A stretch of 61,895 bases of DNA, taken from assembly GCA_965644295.1 (NCBI GenBank), contig CBFFRP010000037.1, positions 1-61,895 of the forward strand, written 5' to 3'. This stretch comes from Paraphysomonas bandaiensis. Its lineage: Eukaryota; Protista; Chrysophyceae. Below, one piece after another: positions 35,388-49,026 of this stretch (position 1 is its first letter; each line of letters starts with the position of its first letter). The translations under genes and the position numbers were made by a program. A model generated the notes under the pieces. It saw only the letters and a list, made by a program, of their open reading frames with translations. It was not told where the DNA came from and did not search any database.

Positions 35388-35930
35388 CTAGGAGCCCCTG
35401 AGAGTAGCGGAGGGTATGGTCAGGTAGCCGAGAGCGTGCTCTACGATGTTATGCTATTTGGGGTCGTATGGCTTCAAGCTGAATATACAGTGTATTCTGC
35501 AGGTGGGAAGATCGTCCTCGAGTTCCCTCCTCCAAAAAAAAACAACATTTTTGATTTTTGAGTGCCCATATCTCACGACACAGACATCGTCACCATAAAG
35601 TCATAACGAAATGTTCAGCATTAAATGGACTATTTCGTGTTAAAATCACAGTATTTCGATTACTGAAACGAAAAAGTTATGGAATTAAATATAAAAGACA
35701 CTTTTTCATGATTTTTTTCATGATTTTTGGCCTTTCTCTTCAGCGAATTGTCATCACTCGTAATACCAGGGTAAAACCCTGTTTGTTTATGTGTCTATGT
35801 TTATTCTTTTCTCTTTTAGCCACTCGTAGGCTAATAATTAATATTATTTTGGTTTTATCCACAGCCGAAGCTAGCATCATATGTCGTCAAAAACCGAGGC
35901 ATTCGTGCTTTGAAAAGTTTTCCCTCGAAA

Positions 35931-37220
35931 ATGAGCAACCTTTTGACCATTTTATTGATGTTCGTATATATGCTACATCCATACTTCAAAGTGAATGGAT
36001 TTTCGAAACATCTGAAATGGATGGCAGAGCTTTCTCCCGAAGGAACGGTGGTCGCGAGAGGGTCGAGAAACGTTGTTTTCTTGAGTAATTCGTCCAATTA
36101 TGTTGTACGGGTGTCAGTATCTTCTCCAAATCTGGAGAAAGCTATAGAGGTAAATATTACGAATTTGTGGGAAGGGATTGGATTGTCCTGTGTAAATGTC
36201 AATGACTCATTCTGCACTTTATTACAACGTCTGTCCAGCGATGTCGTTGTATTGGACTTCAGTAATAACATTGGCATCTGGGTATATCCGTCTCATGAGG
36301 CTGAAAACGAGCACGAGCAAGCTTGGAAATATTCCTCCACCCCCGGGCTGGCTTTAGCGACGCCGCCGTCGCCTCTGAACTACGATTATGTATTGAATAC
36401 AGAACTGATTATTGGTAACGACCGATTTCCCTTGACATGTCACATTGAGTTCGCAGCAAAGTATATGGGACATATTCAGGACAAACAGCATTGGATCGAA
36501 ACGGACTTCTTGAGTCTAATTCATGATATCTTCTATGATCAGAGCCGGATGTTGAATTCCTTTAACACATACCACACTGACTGCCACCCTTTGAATATTT
36601 TGTATATCACTGATATTCATAACGTAACACATTTCGTTTGGAACGACTTTGGATATTCAAATGGAAGCAGGTCGATGGGTTCTGAGGACATGTCGACACG
36701 CCTCCATCCCCAGTACTTGGTGAGTATAGAAAATGTGCTGGACACTCTGATATTTCAGGCGAATCGAAACGAGTATAAAAACATAATCAAAGCTATGGAA
36801 TATATCAAGCTTTCTCATACTAAACGAAGTGGCACGTCTCCGTCGATTTATTTCAGTGAAATGCTGAGTATTATTCAGAATACAGTCTTGCAATTTGATA
36901 GCGCCACCTTAAATGCTTTCTTCAAAGAGGGCCCACGGGGATTCTTCATCCCCTATGTGAATAGGGAGCTCAATCGATTGCGCGAGGAAAACGAAGCGCA
37001 AAATCAGAAAATCGAAGCGCAAAATCAGATAATCGAAGCGCAAAATCAGATAATCGAAGCGCAAAATCAGAAAATCGATCGCCTGACTGAGGACATCCGT
37101 TTCCTGCATGCGGGAATGGAAACGATGAAAAAAATATTAATTGAACAAGCGTTTTCGAGGAAGGATGTTGCCGAAGAAGATCCTGTACCTGGCACTGACG
37201 CTTTCGCGCACGAACTGTAG
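35931..37220 (+). CDS. Kinase-like protein, unit 2 (4 heptads)
   Basis: Translation identical to unit 1. Confidence 0.7.
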   Translation: MSNLLTILLMFVYMLHPYFKVNGFSKHLKWMAELSPEGTVVARGSRNVVFLSNSSNYVVRVSVSSPNLEKAIEVNITNLWEGIGLSCVNVNDSFCTLLQRLSSDVVVLDFSNNIGIWVYPSHEAENEHEQAWKYSSTPGLALATPPSPLNYDYVLNTELIIGNDRFPLTCHIEFAAKYMGHIQDKQHWIETDFLSLIHDIFYDQSRMLNSFNTYHTDCHPLNILYITDIHNVTHFVWNDFGYSNGSRSMGSEDMSTRLHPQYLVSIENVLDTLIFQANRNEYKNIIKAMEYIKLSHTKRSGTSPSIYFSEMLSIIQNTVLQFDSATLNAFFKEGPRGFFIPYVNRELNRLREENEAQNQKIEAQNQIIEAQNQIIEAQNQKIDRLTEDIRFLHAGMETMKKILIEQAFSRKDVAEEDPVPGTDAFAHEL

Positions 37221-38185
37221 ATGCAGCCGGTGATGACGAAAGTGTATAATATGTACCTACAATTGCTTCACTTACAACCCCTGCTAGAACTATCCTTGAT
37301 GTTGTGCGTACACATACGACGCCATTGGCTAGCTTCCTTCCCCATTGATGTGATGGCATATTCACTGATTGGTATACTTTGTCGCGGATGAGAAAGATGA
37401 GCATGTTATGAATGATGCAGTTTTGTAGTTTTATAGCTAATTTATCATATTATGACTATTGCAGTAGTTAGAGTAAGTAGTTATGAGGATTTATGATCGA
37501 AGATACATAGATGGAAGAGAGCAGTTATGTCTGAGATAGGCCGAGTTGCGATACGGAGTGAGCAAACATGAGTGCAATCTGTGTTTTTGGGATATATTCT
37601 GGTAATGAGCGTGATATGAATTGTTGTGAGCATGATATGATATTAATTATTAGTGGATATATTATGAGGGTTATTTATTTGGCCATTCTAGTCAGTCAAT
37701 GGCAATTCATAATGATATTTGGTTATTTATTTATTGATTATATTTATTTGCTATTTATTTTTATTTGACTGAAAACCCTCAAATATTCACAAAAGTGTTA
37801 TGCTTAATAAGGTGCTGCTTCTGTAGCGCTAAATAGTAGGATAATAGAATTTGTGCTGATTAGTTATGGGTAGAGGTCTAACTAGTAGAACTAGCATTCA
37901 ACTAGCCACTGTATCGGAACGAGTTTTTAACGCCTATTGCTAAATAAAAAGACCTTCAATATAACTAGCTATATCTTCAACTAAACAACTAGTTAGAGTG
38001 TTGTATAGTACTTCAAAAGTTGTACTAATAGTATCTAGTTAGTTTAGGTACTATATGTATCTCTGCATGCAACCGTACTCATGTAATAATCAGACTTTCA
38101 TATACTATATGTATCATAAGAAGTTGTAAATCAAAATAAATAGCGTGAAAAATTGAAGCTAATTGAACTGACTAATAGTTACTTT

Positions 38186-39213
38186 TTATTCCAAGTAGTC
38201 GTCATTATCACCTTGCCACACATCAACCTCATCGTCTCCCTTTACAACTAAATCATCAACTTCTACATCAGTATCATCCTCTTCATACTCAGCTAAGTGT
38301 ATAACATGAGAATACACACCCTTCTCACGATATCTAAATTCTTGTTCTAACTCACGACATCTAATTCGGGCATGGACCAACTTGTCCATTACTCTCCCAC
38401 ATTTGACGTTCAGATATTCTACACTCAATGCGCTTATTACATTCCAAACGACGCTTAAGGTAAATGCGACGCTTATTTGTGATACTTGCACTTTCACGAC
38501 GAAGGCACAGCGTACGTATTTTTCCAAACGGAAACCCATTTTGGTCATTAGCTGATAATGTGTAACCTCAAGGTTGTGGACATCCTTAAACCACTTCTGT
38601 ATATCCAGCAACTCTACTGCTCTACCTTCCTCACTTCTGATACGCCAAACCTTATGTAACTTAGAAGATTAATAGCCTTGAAGGGATTCATTACCTCTGC
38701 TCGTATAGGACCTGTCCAATCTGAGTTAATGTATTTCATGCGCCCCGGATATATTGATTCATAGCTGCTATGAGGAAGTGTAGTACCCATGTTATCAACC
38801 CATTCTTTCCATAGGCTGTATAGCGTACTAACGCCAATACCTAAATAGTCGCTAGCGCGATTCATGACGTCAGTAATACTTCTCAATTGATGGCCGTTAT
38901 AGAAGTCATGACGCATGCACCAAATTAACCTCAAATACATGCTTTAATCATCCATATACAGAGAAGTACCACTGCAGCGACTACAGGGACATATAAATTC
39001 CAATGGGCCCGCCTTTGGCTCAGATGGAGTGAAGTTAGGGGCAGCATAGCGATGGGGTCTGCTAGGGGTCTTAACGGCAATCTCGGAGGCAATTTCAGGG
39101 TTTAAATCACATAAACGAATGCTTCGACACCCCTCCTGGAATATTTTGGCCTTATTCTTTGATCCTGGGGGTCTACTATGCTTAATTCGAGGTGTAGTGG
39201 TCTCATTTACCAC
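38186..39213 (-). pseudogene. Tc1/IS630-like transposase remnant, unit 3
   Basis: Copy of 30397-31424. Confidence 0.55.
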
Positions 39214-39824
39214 TATGTCTCCATCAGCCTCAGAGTGATCTTGAAGGGACTTCTTTCACATAATAATTTTTTCCTCGACATCTAGGAGCCCCTGAGAGTA
39301 GCGGAGGGTATGGTCAGGTAGCCGAGAGCGTGCTCTACGATGTTATGCTATTTGGGGTCGTATGGCTTCAAGCTGAATATACAGTGTATTCTGCAGGTGG
39401 GAAGATCGTCCTCGAGTTCCCTCCTCCAAAAAAAAACAACATTTTTGATTTTTGAGTGCCCATATCTCACGACACAGACATCGTCACCATAAAGTCATAA
39501 CGAAATGTTCAGCATTAAATGGACTATTTCGTGTTAAAATCACAGTATTTCGATTACTGAAACGAAAAAGTTATGGAATTAAATATAAAAGACACTTTTT
39601 CATGATTTTTTTCATGATTTTTGGCCTTTCTCTTCAGCGAATTGTCATCACTCGTAATACCAGGGTAAAACCCTGTTTGTTTATGTGTCTATGTTTATTC
39701 TTTTCTCTTTTAGCCACTCGTAGGCTAATAATTAATATTATTTTGGTTTTATCCACAGCCGAAGCTAGCATCATATGTCGTCAAAAACCGAGGCATTCGT
39801 GCTTTGAAAAGTTTTCCCTCGAAA

Positions 39825-41135
39825 ATGAGCAACCTTTTGACCATTTTATTGATGTTCGTATATATGCTACATCCATACTTCAAAGTGAATGGATTTTCGA
39901 AACATCTGAAATGGATGGCAGAGCTTTCTCCCGAAGGAACGGTGGTCGCGAGAGGGTCGAGAAACGTTGTTTTCTTGAGTAATTCGTCCAATTATGTTGT
40001 ACGGGTGTCAGTATCTTCTCCAAATCTGGAGAAAGCTATAGAGGTAAATATTACGAATTTGTGGGAAGGGATTGGATTGTCCTGTGTAAATGTCAATGAC
40101 TCATTCTGCACTTTATTACAACGTCTGTCCAGCGATGTCGTTGTATTGGACTTCAGTAATAACATTGGCATCTGGGTATATCCGTCTCATGAGGCTGAAA
40201 ACGAGCACGAGCAAGCTTGGAAATATTCCTCCACCCCCGGGCTGGCTTTAGCGACGCCGCCGTCGCCTCTGAACTACGATTATGTATTGAATACAGAACT
40301 GATTATTGGTAACGACCGATTTCCCTTGACATGTCACATTGAGTTCGCAGCAAAGTATATGGGACATATTCAGGACAAACAGCATTGGATCGAAACGGAC
40401 TTCTTGAGTCTAATTCATGATATCTTCTATGATCAGAGCCGGATGTTGAATTCCTTTAACACATACCACACTGACTGCCACCCTTTGAATATTTTGTATA
40501 TCACTGATATTCATAACGTAACACATTTCGTTTGGAACGACTTTGGATATTCAAATGGAAGCAGGTCGATGGGTTCTGAGGACATGTCGACACGCCTCCA
40601 TCCCCAGTACTTGGTGAGTATAGAAAATGTGCTGGACACTCTGATATTTCAGGCGAATCGAAACGAGTATAAAAACATAATCAAAGCTATGGAATATATC
40701 AAGCTTTCTCATACTAAACGAAGTGGCACGTCTCCGTCGATTTATTTCAGTGAAATGCTGAGTATTATTCAGAATACAGTCTTGCAATTTGATAGCGCCA
40801 CCTTAAATGCTTTCTTCAAAGAGGGCCCACGGGGATTCTTCATCCCCTATGTGAATAGGGAGCTCAATCGATTGCGCGAGGAAAACGAAGCGCAAAATCA
40901 GAAAATCGAAGCGCAAAATCAGATAATCGAAGCGCAAAATCAGAAAATCGAAGCGCAAAATCAGATAATCGAAGCGCAAAATCAGAAAATCGATCGCCTG
41001 ACTGAGGACATCCGTTTCCTGCATGCGGGAATGGAAACGATGAAAAAAATATTAATTGAACAAGCGTTTTCGAGGAAGGATGTTGCCGAAGAAGATCCTG
41101 TACCTGGCACTGACGCTTTCGCGCACGAACTGTAG
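39825..41135 (+). CDS. Kinase-like protein, unit 3 (5 heptads)
   Basis: As unit 1 plus one 21-bp repeat. Confidence 0.7.
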   Translation: MSNLLTILLMFVYMLHPYFKVNGFSKHLKWMAELSPEGTVVARGSRNVVFLSNSSNYVVRVSVSSPNLEKAIEVNITNLWEGIGLSCVNVNDSFCTLLQRLSSDVVVLDFSNNIGIWVYPSHEAENEHEQAWKYSSTPGLALATPPSPLNYDYVLNTELIIGNDRFPLTCHIEFAAKYMGHIQDKQHWIETDFLSLIHDIFYDQSRMLNSFNTYHTDCHPLNILYITDIHNVTHFVWNDFGYSNGSRSMGSEDMSTRLHPQYLVSIENVLDTLIFQANRNEYKNIIKAMEYIKLSHTKRSGTSPSIYFSEMLSIIQNTVLQFDSATLNAFFKEGPRGFFIPYVNRELNRLREENEAQNQKIEAQNQIIEAQNQKIEAQNQIIEAQNQKIDRLTEDIRFLHAGMETMKKILIEQAFSRKDVAEEDPVPGTDAFAHEL

Positions 41136-42100
41136 ATGCAGCCGGTGATGACGAAAGTGTATAATATGTACCTACAATTGCTTCACTTACAACCCCTGCT
41201 AGAACTATCCTTGATGTTGTGCGTACACATACGACGCCATTGGCTAGCTTCCTTCCCCATTGATGTGATGGCATATTCACTGATTGGTATACTTTGTCGC
41301 GGATGAGAAAGATGAGCATGTTATGAATGATGCAGTTTTGTAGTTTTATAGCTAATTTATCATATTATGACTATTGCAGTAGTTAGAGTAAGTAGTTATG
41401 AGGATTTATGATTGAAGATACATAGATGGAAGAGAGCAGTTATGTCTGAGATAGGCCGAGTTGCGATACGGAGTGAGCAAACATGAGTGCAATCTGTGTT
41501 TTTGGGATATATTCTGGTAATGAGCGTGATATGAATTGTTGTGAGCATGATATGATATTAATTATTAGTGGATATATTATGAGGGTTATTTATTTGGCCA
41601 TTCTAGTCAGTCAATGGCAATTCATAATGATATTTGGTTATTTATTTATTGATTATATTTATTTGCTATTTATTTTTATTTGACTGAAAACCCTCAAATA
41701 TTCACAAAAGTGTTATGCTTAATAAGGTGCTGCTTCTGTAGCGCTAAATAGTAGGATAATAGAATTTGTGCTGATTAGTTATGGGTAGAGGTCTAACTAG
41801 TAGAACTAGCATTCAACTAGCCACTGTATCGGAACGAGTTTTTAACGCCTATTGCTAAATAAAAAGACCTTCAATATAACTAGCTATATCTTCAACTAAA
41901 CAACTAGTTAGAGTGTTGTATAGTACTTCAAAAGTTGTACTAATAGTATCTAGTTAGTTTAGGTACTATATGTATCTCTGCATGCAACCGTACTCATGTA
42001 ATAATCAGACTTTCATATACTATATGTATCATAAGAAGTTGTAAATCAAAATAAATAGCGTGAAAAATTGAAGCTAATTGAACTGACTAATAGTTACTTT

Positions 42101-43128
42101 TTATTCCAAGTAGTCGTCATTATCACCTTGCCACACATCAACCTCATCGTCTCCCTTTACAACTAAATCATCAACTTCTACATCAGTATCATCCTCTTCA
42201 TACTCAGCTAAGTGTATAACATGAGAATACACACCCTTCTCACGATATCTAAATTCTTGTTCTAACTCACGACATCTAATTCGGGCATGGACCAACTTGT
42301 CCATTACTCTCCCACATTTGACGTTCAGATATTCTACACTCAATGCGCTTATTACATTCCAAACGACGCTTAAGGTAAATGCGACGCTTATTTGTGATAC
42401 TTGCACTTTCACGACGAAGGCACAGCGTACGTATTTTTCCAAACGGAAACCCATTTTGGTCATTAGCTGATAATGTGTAACCTCAAGGTTGTGGACATCC
42501 TTAAACCACTTCTGTATATCCAGCAACTCTACTGCTCTACCTTCCTCACTTCTGATACGCCAAACCTTATGTAACTTAGAAGATTAATAGCCTTGAAGGG
42601 ATTCATTACCTCTGCTCGTATAGGACCTGTCCAATCTGAGTTAATGTATTTCATGCGCCCCGGATATATTGATTCATAGCTGCTATGAGGAAGTGTAGTA
42701 CCCATGTTATCAACCCATTCTTTCCATAGGCTGTATAGCGTACTAACGCCAATACCTAAATAGTCGCTAGCGCGATTCATGACGTCAGTAATACTTCTCA
42801 ATTGATGGCCGTTATAGAAGTCATGACGCATGCACCAAATTAACCTCAAATACATGCTTTAATCATCCATATACAGAGAAGTACCACTGCAGCGACTACA
42901 GGGACATATAAATTCCAATGGGCCCGCCTTTGGCTCAGATGGAGTGAAGTTAGGGGCAGCATAGCGATGGGGTCTGCTAGGGGTCTTAACGGCAATCTCG
43001 GAGGCAATTTCAGGGTTTAAATCACATAAACGAATGCTTCGACACCCCTCCTGGAATATTTTGGCCTTATTCTTTGATCCTGGGGGTCTACTATGCTTAA
43101 TTCGAGGTGTAGTGGTCTCATTTACCAC
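42101..43128 (-). pseudogene. Tc1/IS630-like transposase remnant, unit 4
   Basis: Copy of 30397-31424. Confidence 0.55.
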
Positions 43129-43739
43129 TATGTCTCCATCAGCCTCAGAGTGATCTTGAAGGGACTTCTTTCACATAATAATTTTTTCCTCGACATCTAG
43201 GAGCCCCTGAGAGTAGCGGAGGGTATGGTCAGGTAGCCGAGAGCGTGCTCTACGATGTTATGCTATTTGGGGTCGTATGGCTTCAAGCTGAATATACAGT
43301 GTATTCTGCAGGTGGGAAGATCGTCCTCGAGTTCCCTCCTCCAAAAAAAAACAACATTTTTGATTTTTGAGTGCCCATATCTCACGACACAGACATCGTC
43401 ACCATAAAGTCATAACGAAATGTTCAGCATTAAATGGACTATTTCGTGTTAAAATCACAGTATTTCGATTACTGAAACGAAAAAGTTATGGAATTAAATA
43501 TAAAAGACACTTTTTCATGATTTTTTTCAGGATTTTTGGCCTTTCTCTTCAGCGAATTGTCATCACTCGTAATACCAGGGTAAAACCCTGTTTGTTTATG
43601 TGTCTATGTTTATTCTTTTCTCTTTTAGCCACTCGTAGGCTAATAATTAATATTATTTTGGTTTTATCCACAGCCGAAGCTAGCATCATATGTCGTCAAA
43701 AACCGAGGCATTCGTGCTTTGAAAAGTTTTCCCTCGAAA

Positions 43740-44969
43740 ATGAGCAACCTTTTGACCATTTTATTGATGTTCGTATATATGCTACATCCATACTTCAAAG
43801 TGAATGGATTTTCGAAACATCTGAAATGGATGGCAGAGCTTTCTCCCGAAGGAACGGTGGTCGCGAGAGGGTCGAGAAACGTTGTTTTCTTGAGTAATTC
43901 GTCCAATTATGTTGTACGGGTGTCAGTATCTTCTCCAAATCTGGAGAAAGCTATAGAGGTAAATATTACGAATTTGTGGGAAGGGATTGGATTGTCCTGT
44001 GTAAATGTCAATGACTCATTCTGCACTTTATTACAACGTCTGTCCAGCGATGTCGTTGTATTGGACTTCAGTAATAACATTGGCATCTGGGTATATCCGT
44101 CTCATGAGGCTGAAAACGAGCACGAGCAAGCTTGGAAATATTCCTCCACCCCCGGGCTGGCTTTAGCGACGCCGCCGTCGCCTCTGAACTACGATTATGT
44201 ATTGAATACAGAACTGATTATTGGTAACGACCGATTTCCCTTGACATGTCACATTGAGTTCGCAGCAAAGTATATGGGACATATTCAGGACAAACAGCAT
44301 TGGATCGAAACGGACTTCTTGAGTCTAATTCATGATATCTTCTATGATCAGAGCCGGATGTTGAATTCCTTTAACACATACCACACTGACTGCCACCCTT
44401 TGAATATTTTGTATATCACTGATATTCATAACGTAACACATTTCGTTTGGAACGACTTTGGATATTCAAATGGAAGCAGGTCGATGGGTTCTGAGGACAT
44501 GTCGACACGCCTCCATCCCCAGTACTTGGTGAGTATAGAAAATGTGCTGGACACTCTGATATTTCAGGCGAATCGAAACGAGTATAAAAACATAATCAAA
44601 GCTATGGAATATATCAAGCTTTCTCATACTAAACGAAGTGGCACGTCTCCGTCGATTTATTTCAGTGAAATGCTGAGTATTATTCAGAATACAGTCTTGC
44701 AATTTGATAGCGCCACCTTAAATGCTTTCTTCAAAGAGGGCCCACGGGGATTCTTCATCCCCTATGTGAATAGGGAGCTCAATCGATTGCGCGAGGAAAA
44801 CGAAGCGCAAAATCAGAAAATCGAAGCGCAAAATCAGATAATCGAAGCGCAAAATCAGAAAATCGAAGCGCAAAATCAGATAATCGAAGCGCAAAATCAG
44901 AAAATCGATCGCCTGACTGAGGACATCCGTTTCCTGCATGCGGGAATGGAAACGATGAAAAAATATTAA
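43740..44969 (+). CDS. Kinase-like protein, unit 4 (5 heptads), C-terminus shortened by a 1-bp deletion in an A-run
   Basis: A7 becomes A6 near 44958, giving ..MKKY*; this could be a sequencing homopolymer error. Confidence 0.6.
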   Translation: MSNLLTILLMFVYMLHPYFKVNGFSKHLKWMAELSPEGTVVARGSRNVVFLSNSSNYVVRVSVSSPNLEKAIEVNITNLWEGIGLSCVNVNDSFCTLLQRLSSDVVVLDFSNNIGIWVYPSHEAENEHEQAWKYSSTPGLALATPPSPLNYDYVLNTELIIGNDRFPLTCHIEFAAKYMGHIQDKQHWIETDFLSLIHDIFYDQSRMLNSFNTYHTDCHPLNILYITDIHNVTHFVWNDFGYSNGSRSMGSEDMSTRLHPQYLVSIENVLDTLIFQANRNEYKNIIKAMEYIKLSHTKRSGTSPSIYFSEMLSIIQNTVLQFDSATLNAFFKEGPRGFFIPYVNRELNRLREENEAQNQKIEAQNQIIEAQNQKIEAQNQIIEAQNQKIDRLTEDIRFLHAGMETMKKY

Positions 44970-46013
44970 TTGAACAAGCGTTTTCGAGGAAGGATGTTGC
45001 CGAAGAAGATCCTGTACCTGGCACTGACGCTTTCGCGCACGAACTGTAGATGCAGCCGGTGATGACGAAAGTGTATAATATGTACCTACAATTGCTTCAC
45101 TTACAACCCTGCTAGAACTATCCTTGATGTTGTGCGTACACATACGACGCCATTGGCTAGCTTCCTTCCCCATTGATGTGATGGCATATTCACTGATTGG
45201 TATACTTTGTCGCGGATGAGAAAGATGAGCATGTTATGAATGATGCAGTTTTGTAGTTTTATAGCTAATTTATCATATTATGACTATTGCAGTAGTTAGA
45301 GTAAGTAGTTATGAGGATTTATGATCGAAGATACATAGATGGAAGAGAGCAGTTATGTCTGAGATAGGCCGAGTTGCGATACGGAGTGAGCAAACATGAG
45401 TGCAATCTGTGTTTTTGGGATATATTCTGGTAATGAGCGTGATATGAATTGTTGTGAGCATGATATGATATTAATTATTAGTGGATATATTATGAGGGTT
45501 ATTTATTTGGCCATTCTAGTCAGTCAATGGCAATTCATAATGATATTTGGTTATTTATTTATTGATTATATTTATTTGCTATTTATTTTTATTTGACTGA
45601 AAACCCTCAAATATTCACAAAAGTGTTATGCTTAATAAGGTGCTGCTTCTGTAGCGCTAAATAGTAGGATAATAGAATTTGTGCTGATTAGTTATGGGTA
45701 GAGGTCTAACTAGTAGAACTAGCATTCAACTAGCCACTGTATCGGAACGATTTTTTAACGCCTATTGCTAAATAAAAAGACCTTCAATATAACTAGCTAT
45801 ATCTTCAACTAAACAACTAGTTAGAGTGTTGTATAGTACTTCAAAAGTTGTACTAATAGTATCTAGTTAGTTTAGGTACTATATGTATCTCTGCATGCAA
45901 CCGTACTCATGTAATAATCAGACTTTCATATACTATATGTATCATAAGAAGTTGTAAATCAAAATAAATAGCGTGAAAAATTGAAGCTAATTGAACTGAC
46001 TAATAGTTACTTT

Positions 46014-47089
46014 TTATTCCAAGTAGTCGTCATTATCACCTTGCCACACATCAACCTCATCGTCTCCCTTTACAACTAAATCATCAACTTCTACATCAGT
46101 ATCATCCTCTTCATACTCAGCTAAGTGTATAACATGAGAATACACACCCTTCTCACGATATCTAAATTCTTGTTCTAACTCACGACATCTAATTCGGGCA
46201 TGGACCAACTTGTCCATTACTCTCCCACATTTGACGTTCAGATATTCTACACTCAATGCGCTTATTACATTCCAAACGACGCTTAAGGTAAATGCGACGC
46301 TTATTTGTGATACTTGCACTTTCACGACGAAGGCACAGCGTACGTATTTTTCCAAACGGAAACCCATTTTGGTCATTAGCTGATAATGTGTAACCTCAAG
46401 GTTGTGGACATCCTTAAACCACTTCTGTATATCCAGCAACTCTACTGCTCTACCTTCCTCACTTCTGATACGCCAAACCTTATGTAACTTAGAAGATTAA
46501 TAGCCTTGAAGGGATTCATTACCTCTGCTCGTATAGGACCTGTCCAATCTGAGTTAATGTATTTCATGCGCCCCGGATATATTGATTCATAGCTGCTATG
46601 AGGAAGTGTAGTACCCATGTTATCAACCCATTCTTTCCATAGGCTGTATAGCGTACTAACGCCAATACCTAAATAGTCGCTAGCGCGATTCATGACGTCA
46701 GTAATACTTCTCAATTGATGGCCGTTATAGAAGTCATGACGCATGCACCAAATTAACCTCAAATACATGCTTTAATCATCCATATACAGAGAAGTACCAC
46801 TGCAGCGACTACAGGGACATATAAATTCCAATGGGCCCGCCTTTGGCTCAGATGGAGTGAAGTTAGGGGCAGCATAGCGATGGGGTCTGCTAGGGGTCTT
46901 AACGGCAATCTCGGAGGCAATTTCAGGGTTTAAATCACATAAACGAATGCTTCGACACCCCTCCTGGAATATTTTGGCCTTATTCTTTGATCCTGGGGGT
47001 CTACTATGCTTAATTCGAGGTGTAGTGGTCTCATTTACCACTATGTCTCCATCAGCCTCAGAGTGATCTTGAAGGGATCTCTTCCGCAT
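46014..47089 (-). pseudogene. Tc1/IS630-like transposase remnant, unit 5
   Basis: Copy of 30397-31424. Confidence 0.55.
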
Positions 47090-47652
47090 AATTATTTTTT
47101 CCTCGACATCTAGGAGCCCCTGAGAGTAGCGGAGGGTATGGTCAGGTAGCCGAGAGCGTGCTCTACGATGTTATGCTATTTGGGGTCGTATGGCTTCAAG
47201 CTGAATATACAGTGTATTCTGCAGGTGGGAAGATCGTCCTCGAGTTCCCTCCTCCAAAAAAAAACAACATTTTTGATTTTTGAGTGCCCATATCTCACGA
47301 CACAGACATCGTCACCATAAAGTCATAACGAAATGTTCAGCATTAAATGGACTATTTCGTGTTAAAATCACAGTATTTCGATTACTGAAACGAAAAAGTT
47401 ATGGAATTAAATATAAAAGACACTTTTTCATGATTTTTTTCATGATTTTTGGCCTTTCTCTTCAGCGAATTGTCATCACTCGTAATACCAGGGTAAAACC
47501 CTGTTTGTTTATGTGTCTATGTTTATTCTTTTCTCTTTTAGCCACTCGTAGGCTAATAATTAATATTATTTTGGTTTTATCCACAGCCGAAGCTAGCATC
47601 ATATGTCGTCAAAAACCGAGGCATTCGTGCTTTGAAAAGTTTTCCCTCGAAA

Positions 47653-49026
47653 ATGAGCAACCTTTTGACCATTTTATTGATGTTCGTATATATGCTACAT
47701 CCATACTTCAAAGTGAATGGATTTTCGAAACATCTGAAATGGATGGCAGAGCTTTCTCCCGAAGGAACGGTGGTCGCGAGAGGGTCGAGAAACGTTGTTT
47801 TCTTGAGTAATTCGTCCAATTATGTTGTACGGGTGTCAGTATCTTCTCCAAATCTGGAGAAAGCTATAGAGGTAAATATTACGAATTTGTGGGAAGGGAT
47901 TGGATTGTCCTGTGTAAATGTCAATGACTCATTCTGCACTTTATTACAACGTCTGTCCAGCGATGTCGTTGTATTGGACTTCAGTAATAACATTGGCATC
48001 TGGGTATATCCGTCTCATGAGGCTGAAAACGAGCACGAGCAAGCTTGGAAATATTCCTCCACCCCCGGGCTGGCTTTAGCGACGCCGCCGTCGCCTCTGA
48101 ACTACGATTATGTATTGAATACAGAACTGATTATTGGTAACGACCGATTTCCCTTGACATGTCACATTGAGTTCGCAGCAAAGTATATGGGACATATTCA
48201 GGACAAACAGCATTGGATCGAAACGGACTTCTTGAGTCTAATTCATGATATCTTCTATGATCAGAGCCGGATGTTGAATTCCTTTAACACATACCACACT
48301 GACTGCCACCCTTTGAATATTTTGTATATCACTGATATTCATAACGTAACACATTTCGTTTGGAACGACTTTGGATATTCAAATGGAAGCAGGTCGATGG
48401 GTTCTGAGGACATGTCGACACGCCTCCATCCCCAGTACTTGGTGAGTATAGAAAATGTGCTGGACACTCTGATATTTCAGGCGAATCGAAACGAGTATAA
48501 AAACATAATCAAAGCTATGGAATATATCAAGCTTTCTCATACTAAACGAAATGGCACGTCTCCGTCGATTTATTTCAGTGAAATGCTGAGTATTATTCAG
48601 AATACAGTCTTGCAATTTGATAGCGCCACCTTAAATGCTTTCTTCAAAGAGGGCCCACGGGGATTCTTCATCCCCTATGTGAATAGGGAGCTCAATCGAT
48701 TGCGCGAGGAAAACGAAGCGCAAAATCAGAAAATCGAAGCGCAAAATCAGAATATCGAAGCGCAAAATCAGAATATCGAAGCGCAAAATCAGATAATCGA
48801 AGCGCAGAATCTGAAAATCGAAGCGCAGAATCAGAAAATCGAAGCGCAAAATCAGATAATCGAAGCGCAAAATCAGAAAATCGATCGCCTGACTGAGGAC
48901 ATCCGTTTCCTGCATGCGGGAATGGAAACGATGAAAAAAATATTAATTGAGCAAGCGTTTTCGAGGAAGGATGTTGCCGAAGAAGATCCTGTACCTGGCA
49001 CTGACGCTTTCGCGCACGAACTGTAG
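47653..49026 (+). CDS. Kinase-like protein, unit 5 (8 heptads, most diverged)
   Basis: 28 aa longer than unit 1, with variant heptads EAQNQNI and EAQNLKI and an S-to-N substitution. Confidence 0.7.
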   Translation: MSNLLTILLMFVYMLHPYFKVNGFSKHLKWMAELSPEGTVVARGSRNVVFLSNSSNYVVRVSVSSPNLEKAIEVNITNLWEGIGLSCVNVNDSFCTLLQRLSSDVVVLDFSNNIGIWVYPSHEAENEHEQAWKYSSTPGLALATPPSPLNYDYVLNTELIIGNDRFPLTCHIEFAAKYMGHIQDKQHWIETDFLSLIHDIFYDQSRMLNSFNTYHTDCHPLNILYITDIHNVTHFVWNDFGYSNGSRSMGSEDMSTRLHPQYLVSIENVLDTLIFQANRNEYKNIIKAMEYIKLSHTKRNGTSPSIYFSEMLSIIQNTVLQFDSATLNAFFKEGPRGFFIPYVNRELNRLREENEAQNQKIEAQNQNIEAQNQNIEAQNQIIEAQNLKIEAQNQKIEAQNQIIEAQNQKIDRLTEDIRFLHAGMETMKKILIEQAFSRKDVAEEDPVPGTDAFAHEL